Shown: positions 12,907 to 22,998 of the stretch, piece by piece
Position numbering within the stretch: the stretch's first letter is position 1
How the letters are laid out: each line of letters starts with the position of its first letter
Assembly (NCBI GenBank): GCA_965645245.1
Contig: OZ287078.1
Coordinates: 1,984,001-2,048,000, forward strand
From: Massalongia carnosa
Lineage: Eukaryota
DNA: 64,000 nt
Direction: 5' to 3'
Notes under the pieces: generated by a model
The model's input: only the letters and a program-made list of their open reading frames with translations
Database searches by the model: none
What the model was told of the DNA's origin: nothing
Made by a program: the position numbers and the translations under genes

Positions 12907-15900
12907 TTATTCTAAGCCTAAAGCTTTTCGAAAGACAACAAATTTGTCCTTTGGTAGGGCCTTGGTTAGGCCGTCAGCTACCTGTTCTTCGGTAGGAACA
13001 TAGCGAAATTCCACTGATTTGTCTTCGATCTTCTCTCTTTGGTAGTGCCATTGGATGTCAATATGCTTGCTCCGCGCGTGTGCCTGGGGATTTTTGGCCA
13101 AAGCTATTGCTCCTTGATTGTCGCAGTGAATGATGATAGCATTTAGGGCGAAAGATGTAGGCAAGCAGGCAAGGGCTACAGAGGTGCTCTGGGTTTGGAG
13201 AGAGTGTATCCCAGGGACTTGAGGTGCTGAAAGTTGGTCGAGAAGACTAGACAGCCAGACGGCTTCCTTGGTGGCTTGAGTCTGACCCATGTACTCGGCT
13301 TCGCATGAAGATAGGGCTACGGTCGGTTGTCGTTTGGAAGACCAGCTAATAGCGCCACTACCCACATTAAACACGAAGCCTGAGGTAGACCTTCGGGTAT
13401 GATGATCTCCGGCCCAATCCGCGTCAGTGTAACCGTTCAAGGGTTGTAAGTAACCTTTGTATGTTAACTGCAACGGTAGAGTGCCCTTGATGTATCGAAA
13501 GATGCGTTTGACTGCCTTCCAGTGCGTATCGGTCGGGTTCGAGGCATAGCGGCTGACCACCGATACGGCGTAGGCTAAGTCAGGCCTAGTGCCTAGCATA
13601 GCATACATGAGAGAGCCCACCGCTGATTGGTAGCGGAGGCGAGAGTCATCTGTGGCCTGATGGCCCTCTGGTGCAGCCTCCAGTCGCCCATCCATCGGGG
13701 TAGCCACGGGGTTAGTGTCCCACATGCCATGGTCGCGTAGTACTTTTTCCAGATAGGCCTGCTGACCAAGGCGAAGAATCCTATTAGCCCGATCCCGAGT
13801 TATCGTCATGCCCAGGTAGTAATTGATAGGGCCTAAATCAACCATCGAGAACTCGTCACTCAGCAGTTTCTTGACACGTTGTATCTCGGAAGAAGAAGAG
13901 CCAGTGATGATTAAATCATCGACGTAAATGGCTACGATAACCCCTTCTTTAACGAAAACGCTAAGGTCGGCGTTGACTGGAACGAATTCATGAGACTTGA
14001 AAAAAGTAGTGATCGTTTCATACCAGATTCTAGACGACTGTTTCAGGCCATAAAGAGCTTTCTTCAACTTGCAAACTCTCGTTGACCCGTCATCCAGACC
14101 GGTTGGTTGCTCCACGTAGATTTCCTCGTCCACCCTTCCGTACAAGAAGGCTGTTTTTACGTCCATTTGGTGGATTTCCCAATCATTGGCTGCAGCGATA
14201 GCGAAGATGGCTTTATAGCTCATTGGCTTCACTACTGAAGCAAAAGTCTCATTGTAGTCAATGCCTTCACGTTGCTCAAAGCCTCTGACTACCCATCGAG
14301 CCTTGTAACGAAGAATCTCGCCAGCCGGGCCTCGTTTGATTTTATAAACCCATTTGCCTCGCAGGGCTTTGCGGTCCGGGGGCAGGGAGGTGAGGATCCA
14401 GGGATCATTTTCGTTGATAGAGTCAATTTCTTCCTGCATTGCCCTTCGCCAATCCTTTTCCTCCCGACTATCTACGGCCTGTTTATAGGTTTTAGGCTCG
14501 TATGGCTCCGGGTCATTGGCTCGAGCAAGAAGAGCCAAAAGAGCTAGCGGGTCAGGCGAGGGGGCGCGAAGTTTTGGATGCTTAGAGAGAATATCTGCCT
14601 GGGACCAAGGCTCAATGGGCAGTTGGTTTGCCAATGCCTCTTTTCCAGCGTTTGATGGGAGAGGTCCAGTGGGAATTGATTCTATGGATTCATGAGCGTC
14701 GACTAAGTCCGTATGAGGGGAGTCCGTATGATGGGTAATTTTTTGCTTTCTTGTGGGCGGTCCTGACTGTCCAACATGTAGGGCTCTTTTAGTTTGAGAG
14801 AATGATAAGGAAGGAGGAGTTGGGGGGTTGTTATCTATCCACTGAACATTGGAATAACGCATGACCGCGCCCCGTGGATTTATCATTCGATAGATGTGAT
14901 CGCCTTCGTATCCTACTAAAGTACATTTGGTGGCTCGTTCCTGAAATTTCTTCCATCCGGTGGAGGGCTTGCGATTTTGCGCATAGCCAGTCTGTCCTAT
15001 TATCCTTAGATGTCCTAGTTCTGGTGGGCTGCCGGTGTGAGACTCGTAGGGGGTGATGGAGCGTCCCGCAGTTGGTTGTCGATTTCTTAGGTAGTTGGCA
15101 GTGAGAACCATCTCAGCCCAATATTTGATGTCTAGTTTAGCGCCTTCTCGCATGGTGCTGGCTAACTTGTGAAGCGTTTGACCTAGGCGCTCGGCTGTCC
15201 CGTTCATGGGTGGATTTCCCGGTACGGTAGGTTCCCACTGAATGCCATGCTCGTTTCTGAAATTCTCGAAGTCCTTGGAGTCATACTCACCCCCACAGTC
15301 CGATCGCAAGCGCTTAATTCGTTTGTCCCCATATTCATTTTGCTTCTTGTAGTTTTTAAAAGCTTGAAGGACTCCGCTTTTGACGCGCAGTAAGGTGACG
15401 TGGGACCGTTTATCGAAATCGCAAAGAAAGGTCACCATATATTTGGCGCCGTTCAAGGCTTCTGGGAAAGGTCCTTGGACATCACTGTGAATTAAGTCCA
15501 GCGGGTGCTTGCCTGGTTGGATGGGGGCCCGGTGTGGTTCTACTTGGGACTGAGCGATGGCGCACGGAGGACAGGCGTCTTGGGGCGGGGGCTTGGTGAG
15601 GTCCATTCCTTTTGACATGCCAGCGAGCTTGAGAATGTTTTGATTTCCAAGATGGCCTAAACGAGCGTGCCACATTTTTATCGCCTCGCTATTAATTGCA
15701 GCAAGAGCGAGAGCGGCTTCAGAGACGTTCCACATATTCAGGATATACAGATTGTTGTCCTGGCGGCGAGCGATAATACCATAGTTCCCGATTTCAATTC
15801 CCTCTGGTACAATCTTCAGGGGACATCCATCTCGTTGTAATTGTCCTTGGGAGATGAGATTTAGGCCTCCGTCCGGAACGTATAACACATCGAAAAGAGG

Positions 15901-17031
15901 GAACTCCCGAAGACCCTCGTTACCGGCACACCGCAACATGACGTTACCTATTCCTTTGGGAATTAATACTCCTCCAATACCTTGAATTGGAGGGCAATCG
16001 GATGTCTTGAATGAGGTGAAGATGGAGCGATCGTGGGTAATATGTTGGCTAGTTCCAGAGTCACAGATCCAGAGCTTAGATATTTTGGTTATATCTGCGG
16101 TGGCCATGTAGGCGCAGAAGGCTCCTTTGGTTGAGTCATTGTTTCCGGTTGGCTTTTGGCTTTGACCTTGACTTTTGGAATTCCTACGACGCTTATTGGA
16201 CTTACGCTGTGAGTCTTGGTTAACGAGGTGTGGATATTTTTCACGACACTCGCTCTCTACGTGATAGTCTTTTCGGCAGTGGTTGCAGAACTTGATGGTC
16301 TTGGTGATGATTCGAGAATGGGCTGTTCCGGGTTGAGCTCCTGCTTGGGTTTGAGCGTTTGAAACAGCTGCCATTGCGATTACGGCCTTATCGCTGGACT
16401 TGCTTGGGTTGGTCACCGTGTTTTGGAAATGCTGCATAGCCTGACTTAACGTGTGCTTGGGTTCACCCATTTCATTGAAAGGATCATGATCCTGAGCGTA
16501 TCGTTCGAAATAGCTGTTGTATTCGAAGCCTAAATTGGTATGGAAGCGATAGATAAGCCAGTTTTCGTCCAGGCTTAGCTTGCTTGAGAAGGTGCGAAGC
16601 TTATTCACCGTGGCGCGAAATTGGGTAACGTAGTCTGCAGGGCTGCTGCAATCCGATAGGATAAGGTTGTCTAATTTTCTAAAGGTGTCATTGAGGAATC
16701 CCGAACCGCGAGGCTTATAGTTTGACTCAAGCAGGTCCCAGGCGACGGAAGCAGTAGTATGGTCTTCTATATCGGTGTAGGCATTTCCTTCACAAGCTAA
16801 TCGTAGAGCAGTGCAGGCCTTATCTTGGCCCTTTTTCCATTTGTTGAAGCCATCATTGGGAGCGTTTGGGCGTGGTGCAGCTTCGGTGTTATCACAATAG
16901 ATCCAAAGATCTATCATTTTGAGGCAATCTCGCATGGCTCGCTTCCATGCTGGATAACCCTCGTGGTCCACTAGCTTAGGGATCCTATCAATAGCGCTAT
17001 AGGACCCCGATCCAGAGATTTTTTCACTCAT
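12907..17031 (-). CDS. Copia Gag-Pol polyprotein (Gag/CCHC, protease, GAG-pre-integrase, integrase, RT, RNase H), 1374 aa
   Basis: CNHCRKDYHVESEC knuckle, WICDSGTSQH, WHARLGH, LRSDCGGEY, QMDVKTAFL, YVDD, YTDADWAG and ADGLTKAL in copia order. Confidence 0.97.
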   Translation of the reverse strand: MSEKISGSGSYSAIDRIPKLVDHEGYPAWKRAMRDCLKMIDLWIYCDNTEAAPRPNAPNDGFNKWKKGQDKACTALRLACEGNAYTDIEDHTTASVAWDLLESNYKPRGSGFLNDTFRKLDNLILSDCSSPADYVTQFRATVNKLRTFSSKLSLDENWLIYRFHTNLGFEYNSYFERYAQDHDPFNEMGEPKHTLSQAMQHFQNTVTNPSKSSDKAVIAMAAVSNAQTQAGAQPGTAHSRIITKTIKFCNHCRKDYHVESECREKYPHLVNQDSQRKSNKRRRNSKSQGQSQKPTGNNDSTKGAFCAYMATADITKISKLWICDSGTSQHITHDRSIFTSFKTSDCPPIQGIGGVLIPKGIGNVMLRCAGNEGLREFPLFDVLYVPDGGLNLISQGQLQRDGCPLKIVPEGIEIGNYGIIARRQDNNLYILNMWNVSEAALALAAINSEAIKMWHARLGHLGNQNILKLAGMSKGMDLTKPPPQDACPPCAIAQSQVEPHRAPIQPGKHPLDLIHSDVQGPFPEALNGAKYMVTFLCDFDKRSHVTLLRVKSGVLQAFKNYKKQNEYGDKRIKRLRSDCGGEYDSKDFENFRNEHGIQWEPTVPGNPPMNGTAERLGQTLHKLASTMREGAKLDIKYWAEMVLTANYLRNRQPTAGRSITPYESHTGSPPELGHLRIIGQTGYAQNRKPSTGWKKFQERATKCTLVGYEGDHIYRMINPRGAVMRYSNVQWIDNNPPTPPSLSFSQTKRALHVGQSGPPTRKQKITHHTDSPHTDLVDAHESIESIPTGPLPSNAGKEALANQLPIEPWSQADILSKHPKLRAPSPDPLALLALLARANDPEPYEPKTYKQAVDSREEKDWRRAMQEEIDSINENDPWILTSLPPDRKALRGKWVYKIKRGPAGEILRYKARWVVRGFEQREGIDYNETFASVVKPMSYKAIFAIAAANDWEIHQMDVKTAFLYGRVDEEIYVEQPTGLDDGSTRVCKLKKALYGLKQSSRIWYETITTFFKSHEFVPVNADLSVFVKEGVIVAIYVDDLIITGSSSSEIQRVKKLLSDEFSMVDLGPINYYLGMTITRDRANRILRLGQQAYLEKVLRDHGMWDTNPVATPMDGRLEAAPEGHQATDDSRLRYQSAVGSLMYAMLGTRPDLAYAVSVVSRYASNPTDTHWKAVKRIFRYIKGTLPLQLTYKGYLQPLNGYTDADWAGDHHTRRSTSGFVFNVGSGAISWSSKRQPTVALSSCEAEYMGQTQATKEAVWLSSLLDQLSAPQVPGIHSLQTQSTSVALACLPTSFALNAIIIHCDNQGAIALAKNPQAHARSKHIDIQWHYQREKIEDKSVEFRYVPTEEQVADGLTKALPKDKFVVFRKALGLE

Positions 17032-17634
17032 GATGGAAAGGGTTTATTGGAAGAGCTTAATGGATTGTCCTTGTTAACGGACTGGCTTGAACTGGTGTTT
17101 GGTTTTACCGGATTCCGACGGAGTGCTATTATAAGTGCTTGGTGACTTGGTTCTGGCTCTTAGATCGAAAGGATCACAGTCGCTGGGCGGTTCTAGGTCC
17201 GATTTTGATGTGGACTGACCGGGAGTGACTGGAGGCTCAGGGATGATGGTACAAAGCAATCCAATTTTGATTGATCTGAGTTATCCTCTAAGAGAAAGCA
17301 ACGATTTCCGCACTAGCCGCCTGTAATGTATGTTGTGAATCCCGTTCAAGCCTTGTTGCCGGCCTATTATTTGGTTGAGGCTCTGAGAGTCATTGGATCT
17401 CGGCAAGAGTGCCACGTAGGAATGGGGCAGTGATTGATATAATAGATCTAAACGCAGAAGCAGATGCAGGTGCAAAGATAGATTTGAGGCGTTTAGTTGT
17501 GCCTTTGGGGTTGATAAATCGAGAGCGTTTTTTGTTGCTCGAAGCCATAATCCTGCAGTCTTATAACTGATACGCAGATGCTGACTATGAATAGAGGGCA
17601 AAATCGATTACAGGGAGATTTGGTTTCATCCCAA

Positions 17635-17959
17635 TGGATGTCACATTCCCGGTTTTTTGTTGGGAACGTAGATCATCCGAGACATCTGGATGTCACATTC
17701 CCGGTTTTTTGTTGGGAATGTAGATCATCCGAGACATCGAAGTGAATGTCACATTTCCGGTTTTTTATTGGAAATGTAGATCATCCGAGACACCTGGATG
17801 TCACATTTCCGATTTTTTGTTGGGAATGTAGATCATCCGAGACATCAAAGTGAAGTGGATGTCACATTCCCGGTTTTTTATTGGGAACGTAGATCATCCG
17901 AGACATCTGGATGTCACATTCCCGGTTTTTTGTGGGGAATGTAGATCATCCGAGACATC
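17635..17959. repeat. Six ~52-bp tandem units in the copia 5' leader
   Basis: TGGATGTCACATTCCCGGTTTTTTGTTGGGAATGTAGATCATCCGAGACATC x6, arranged as three pairs. Confidence 0.92.
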
Positions 17960-18780
17960 GAAACGAAGTGCAAGGAGGTGCCTGTTAAAATATTTGTTAG
18001 CGTTCGTTTAGTAAGGGGCAAAGAAGAAGCCGGGCGCCCGATAGTAGTGCTTAGCCATCTCAAACACTGCCGACTGTTTCATATGTGTCGATTTGTGTCG
18101 GATTTTTTTGTAGGAGATTATTCGCGACGGTAATTGTTTGCGACGGTAAGGAGGCTTGTGTTAGGGTAGGTAAAGTAAGACAAGCAAACACATGTAAAGA
18201 GGCGCCCTGCGGCCGGGCTCATAACCTATCAAAAGGTAGTATAGTAGATAGAGGATAGAACGCTTGCTGTTGTTCTATATAGTGGGAATAGCTAGATTTA
18301 TAGACAATGTACGGTATGCTAGTATTAGACTAGCGATACGTCTAGCCATTAGCGTGCGCCATACTCGTGCGGTAGAAGGTGAGTGCGGCTGAAATGAAGT
18401 AACCTGATTTGTACATTCTAACATGTGGATCTGAACAGAGCAGAATGGAGATGACGGGAAGTGGATTTTCCACAGTGGAAGTATTCTTTGGGTCTACGGG
18501 ATCCTACAACTTACAGGATTGGTATCTTACATGCGTAAGAGAGGGACAAGGATCTGACAAAGATTCTGATTAAATATCATCTCCCTCGTAACTGATGATC
18601 TACAAGATATATTTCTCCCTAGGAAATGAAAATTTGCAGCGTGGATCGGGGAAAGGGTTATGATCAATGGTTTCTATAAGGATTTTGTCACCAATAAGAA
18701 CAAGATTGAATTCGGGGGAATTTCTTGTCCGGGATTCGCAAACAGAAATGAGATTATTCAGCCAGTCTGCACGCAATGGA

Positions 18781-18928
18781 TGTTAGAATGTACAAATCAG
18801 GCTACTTCATTTCAGCCTCACTCACCGAGTATGGCGCACGCTAATGGCTAGACGTATCGCTAGTCTAATACTAGCATACCGTACATTGTCTATAAATCTA
18901 GCTATTCCCACTATATGGAACAAAAGCA
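18781..18928 (+). mobile_element. Partial copia LTR (same family as 12474-18423, opposite orientation)
   Basis: Starts TGTTAGAATGTACAAATCAGG; same deletion variant as the LTR at 39846-40035; 3' end missing. Confidence 0.85.
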
Positions 18929-19210
18929 CTAATGACTAGACGTAGTTGACTCATCTTGCGATTGGCATTGCCCGGCACATTGTAATAATGAATATCTGAC
19001 TTGAAATCATGACCAACAGCTGCCCACTAGTTCGTGTCAATCTCGTTATATTGCTACTAAGTATGTTTGGGCTATTGCTCACAGCCCCCGGCCTCGAGAG
19101 GGGGACTCGATAAGGGCCTTGCTGTCTACTAATGTAAGACCCTCTCGCAGGCCTTGGGCTGTGAACAGACTCCCAATCCCCAACATGGAACGACCCGCTT
19201 GCGGTGTTGT

Positions 19211-20247
19211 TCAGGACCTAGTGACTGGATTGTGAGGTTCCGTGGGTAATGTTTGAAGGCGTTTTGAGGCGTTAAGAAGGTAAGTGGGGTGGGTTTGTAT
19301 GTAAAGCTTGTATGCGTCTGACTTCCATCTTCCTAGCATCTGAATCTCGTCTTCGGTGAGTCCTGCCCGTCGCGCTGTTGTTGCCGCACCTCTTCTGAAC
19401 GAGTGGCCAGAGAAATTTCCTATATAGCCCAAGTTCCTTAAGGTGGATTTCATCGCTGTTGTAATGTAGTCTCGAGTGAAGGACTGACCGTTTTTAAAGA
19501 GTGGTGCGGCCGGAGAACTTGGGAATCGCCTATATAAATTTGTAAGAGAAGCTAGTGCACAAGCAACATCGTTGGTAGCCGCAATTGTCAGTGTTATGCC
19601 TCGGCGAAAGGGATCGGTTTTGGAGACTGGTAGAGAGAGCTGTAGGTGATCTGCTTCGAACCTAATAGATTTTCTGGTGAGGTGCCATTGATCAAAGCTT
19701 GGGTCTAGTACATCTTGCGTTGTGTAAGTAAATTCTCCGGCTCGTAAGAAGCCTGCAAACGCTAAGCAGTACGCCGCATGTAAATTTGCGCCTTTCTCTT
19801 TCGTTTGATCAAGACGACTTAGCAATTTGATTAAGATCTCTCTAGTAATTGGTAACCTTTCACGTTTCTCGGCTTCACCGTTCTTTCGCTTTATGCCAGT
19901 AAGGATGCGATCTAACACCGGGTGATGAAATACGTCGAGATTACCGAGGCCCATATCTATCTGGCATGATCTTATGCCCGTCAAGTAGCTCTTAATAGTT
20001 TTTGGTTGCAGGCGTCGTTCACCCAACGCTGCGATCCACGAAGACAGCGTCCGGATGTTGGCTGGAAATGGTGGCGCGTTGAGGTTTACCCTACAGTAAA
20101 GAACGTATCCCTTTCTTGCCGTTGTGTATAAAGATCTTGTCTTAGTGGCCAGGCCCCACCAGAGGTATCGTGCTGCGATTTCGTCTAGAGGTACCTCACT
20201 GTACCAAGATGGGGGTGGATCGCGTCCTATATTGCTGAGGGTAGAGC
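19211..20247 (-). CDS. Tyrosine recombinase (probable second exon of a spliced GagN-YR protein)
   Basis: Catalytic motifs FLRAGEFT, SKTDPF, SGHSFRRG, GRWKS, AYKLY. The frame stays open upstream through RDPPPSWYSEVPLDEIAARYLWWGLATKTR with no ATG. Confidence 0.92.
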
Positions 20248-21843
20248 CTGAAACTGAGGGATTTTGTCAGCCAGTTTCTTCAAAAGTCCTCTAGACAAGA
20301 GATCAGCAATATAATTTTCTTTGGATGATATCCATCGCGCTTCTATCTGGATATCATGTAATGCAGCTAGCATTGTAATTGCCCGCAGGGCATGCATTGC
20401 TTGGCCTCGTATAGAGGTTTTATTCACTCCTTTCGTGACAGCGTAGCTATCACAATAGAGGATTAAATGACTACCCTTGCATATAGGTAGCCACTTTTTC
20501 ATAGCTTGAAGAATTGCTGTCATTTCTTTGACGTTGATATGCTTTGCCCTAAGGCGCGTAGTAAAGCGTGTGCTAAAAGCCTGCCGGGCTGCTTGTATAT
20601 TATGCAAATTTTGATCCTCGCTGAGGATAAAGCCGCCCATACCATATGAGCCGGACGCATCTGTCCATATTCTCATAGTATGTCTAGTACGGTTGAGCAG
20701 ATGTATGCCATTCCATTTAGGTAGGAAATGATGCCACCATAGAAGATCCGCCCTCATGTCCTTGTTAAGATGGATTAGTTTAGAGGTTACGCTTGCCGTA
20801 GCATTGAAAAGACGGCGTAGAAAGGCTCTTCCTGGTTTTACCACTCTGGCTGCAAAGCATAAGAATCCTAGAAGAGAGTCGAGTTCCTTCCTGGGTATGG
20901 CTTTTTTATTCAAAGCTGCCGATACTAGGGTCTTTGCTTTTAGTAACTTTTCGGAAGGCAAGCGTGCTTCCATGAGCGCGGTATCGATTTCAATGCCGAG
21001 GAAATCGCAAGTCGTTCCAGTTCTGTTCTTTTCGAGCTTGATTTTCATGCCAAGATCTTTACAAATGTTGTGGAAAACTTGATCAAACTTTTCAGCATCT
21101 GGTCCGGTGCTGACTATTATTAAAAAATCATCCAAGTAATGAATAGCGTCTTTCCAACCACAGTTGTACAATATCCAGTTGATACCCTTCGCGAACAGAT
21201 CAAAAAGGAACGGCGACGTTCTCAGCCCAAAGGGTAAGTATTTATCCATCCAAAAGGAATCCTGCCACTTGAAACCTAGTAACCACCAATCGCTTTTTGC
21301 TACTGGTATGTGGCGAAAAGCGTCCGCAAAGTCTCTTTTAATAAGAATACACCCTGGCCCGCGTTGCTCAATCAACCTAATGGCTTCGTCGAAGCTGGTA
21401 TATTCCAGGGAGCCCCAGTCTTCCGGTATGTGGTCGTTGACTGAGCTACTCTCCGGATACGATAGATGATGGATTCGCCGCCAACCACCGTTAGCCTTTG
21501 GTACAAGGCCTAATGGGGAACATATAAAGCAAGAAGGAATGTTGTTGACTTTCTCCAACCGATTACTAGCTATTTGTTCTTCGAGGTCATTGGTAAGAAC
21601 TTCCGGTGCCTCATTTGCAGAGGCAAGATTATCGCTAATAATGAGTTGATGTGGTCCTGTATAACCAACTTTGGCACCGTAGGTGATGATATCGATAATT
21701 GTTTGTGTGTAAGTGCGATCCGGGTGATTGGCCAAATGTTTCTCCCAGCCTTCTTTCTTCAATGGGCCCGGTGGGATCTTTGTTAGATTGTCCGTCAAGG
21801 TGTATGGAAAGGACTCCGCGATGGATAAGAATGGGGCGGTTAG
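20227..21843 (-). CDS. Reverse transcriptase-RNase H, in frame with gag after a single TGA
   Basis: CSPLGLVPK, WRRIHHLS, DFADAFRH, LPFGLRTSP, HYLDDF, FLGIEID, WTDAS, INVKEM, LYCDS, ADLLSR. Confidence 0.93.
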   Translation of the reverse strand, partial: LTAPFLSIAESFPYTLTDNLTKIPPGPLKKEGWEKHLANHPDRTYTQTIIDIITYGAKVGYTGPHQLIISDNLASANEAPEVLTNDLEEQIASNRLEKVNNIPSCFICSPLGLVPKANGGWRRIHHLSYPESSSVNDHIPEDWGSLEYTSFDEAIRLIEQRGPGCILIKRDFADAFRHIPVAKSDWWLLGFKWQDSFWMDKYLPFGLRTSPFLFDLFAKGINWILYNCGWKDAIHYLDDFLIIVSTGPDAEKFDQVFHNICKDLGMKIKLEKNRTGTTCDFLGIEIDTALMEARLPSEKLLKAKTLVSAALNKKAIPRKELDSLLGFLCFAARVVKPGRAFLRRLFNATASVTSKLIHLNKDMRADLLWWHHFLPKWNGIHLLNRTRHTMRIWTDASGSYGMGGFILSEDQNLHNIQAARQAFSTRFTTRLRAKHINVKEMTAILQAMKKWLPICKGSHLILYCDSYAVTKGVNKTSIRGQAMHALRAITMLAALHDIQIEARWISSKENYIADLLSRGLLKKLADKIPQFQALPSAI

Positions 21844-22998
21844 TCATTGCCTTGATGGGAGAGGCATCGAATTTGGGTTAGAGGGTTGATTTTTTCCATT
21901 TGTACAGTCCATCGCCCGATGTTGCTTTCCACATTTCTCACACACATGTTGGAATCTACAATATACGGGACAGTCTTTGCCATAGTTGTATTTCTTACAG
22001 ATAATCTTTTCGCCTGAGGTTTTGAAAGCCGTAGAATTATCGTCCGGTTTTGCAAAGTAAGCGGACGGTTTCCGCACAAGATGCCTTTCCAAGGAATGGT
22101 CCATTTCTTTCCATCCATCCGGGTTGTCAATCCCGCGAAAGGCTCGAGATTTGTGGAAATTCAAATGAAAGATGCGAACCGAGTCCCAGGTGTAGAAGGC
22201 GTATAATGATAGAAGATGGTCCTGATAAGCCATGAAGGCTCTCATCAGGTTTATCTGGAGACCGGGGTGTGCAAAGTGTAGTAGTATCATCCAATATACC
22301 CCGAGACATCGTATCAAATGAACTATCCCTTTGATATCTTTTAAGGAGCCATCTTCTTCTCTCGTGGCGATTTCCAGACCTTCTCCGAGTTTGACGTATC
22401 TAGAGTTGGTTTGAACTCCGTCGATGTCGGTACATAGCTTGGTAATGTTGATTGGGTCAAACGTATTCTCGGAGATTTGCTTTATCCATATGGGCTTGAT
22501 AGTGGGATATTCGTTCATAAGAGAAACAAAACGAGGATCCATACCTTCTGTATACAATGAGTTTGGTCGATGCGGTGGAAATGATGTCGGAAATAATAGG
22601 GAAGGCTGTTGAGCTGAGGCTACTGGCCCAGGGACCACGTCTCGGGCACGTGCTTGTTGGGTTTCGATATCCCGCCTAAGACTTACTCTTTCTCTTTCCT
22701 CGGCTTCCCTGCGGGACATTTCGCGTTGTGCTCTAAGTTCAATAATGTCATCAGGGGTGCGAGAACGGGTTTCCGGTATAACAGGCCCTTGTGAGGAGGA
22801 ATTAAACGCTGAAGATGGAAGAGGAGAAGGTTGAGGATGGCTTTGAAGGGTTGCCGTGCTGTCTTGTGAGTCGGGTACTTCGACGTCTGGGTTGGAGTTG
22901 GCTAGATTTGCCCTAGCTCTAGTTCTAGTACGGGCTAGAGTGCTGCCTTGTGTGCGGGAGGTAGGCTTGGTGATTCTGTTGGAGATGCGGGTGGCCAT
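21844..22998 (-). CDS. Gag-like protein with C-terminal Cys/His zinc fingers (384 aa from ATG 22998)
   Basis: MATRISNR...; CKKYNYGKDCPVYCRFQHVCEKCGKQHRAMDC; homologous to ORF1 of the copies at 29349 and ~60395. Confidence 0.85.
   Translation of the reverse strand: MATRISNRITKPTSRTQGSTLARTRTRARANLANSNPDVEVPDSQDSTATLQSHPQPSPLPSSAFNSSSQGPVIPETRSRTPDDIIELRAQREMSRREAEERERVSLRRDIETQQARARDVVPGPVASAQQPSLLFPTSFPPHRPNSLYTEGMDPRFVSLMNEYPTIKPIWIKQISENTFDPINITKLCTDIDGVQTNSRYVKLGEGLEIATREEDGSLKDIKGIVHLIRCLGVYWMILLHFAHPGLQINLMRAFMAYQDHLLSLYAFYTWDSVRIFHLNFHKSRAFRGIDNPDGWKEMDHSLERHLVRKPSAYFAKPDDNSTAFKTSGEKIICKKYNYGKDCPVYCRFQHVCEKCGKQHRAMDCTNGKNQPSNPNSMPLPSRQ

Larger units (their letters stand above)
12474..18423 (-). 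mobile_element. Full-length intact Ty1/copia LTR retrotransposon
   Basis: Identical 197-bp LTRs (12474-12670, 18227-18423); 5-bp TSD TGTGG on both sides; GGTTATGAGCCC PBS-like site next to the 5' LTR; purine tract before the 3' LTR; single intact polyprotein ORF. Confidence 0.97.

Noticed and set aside
19211..20247. Starship captain or Crypton interpretation of the tyrosine recombinases
   Set aside because: All YR genes are short phage-integrase-like domains directly linked to RT-RNaseH within ~4.3-kb units
21635..21847. Stop-start reinitiation at ATGA as the route to Pol
   Set aside because: That ATG is in a different frame from RT and is absent in family B
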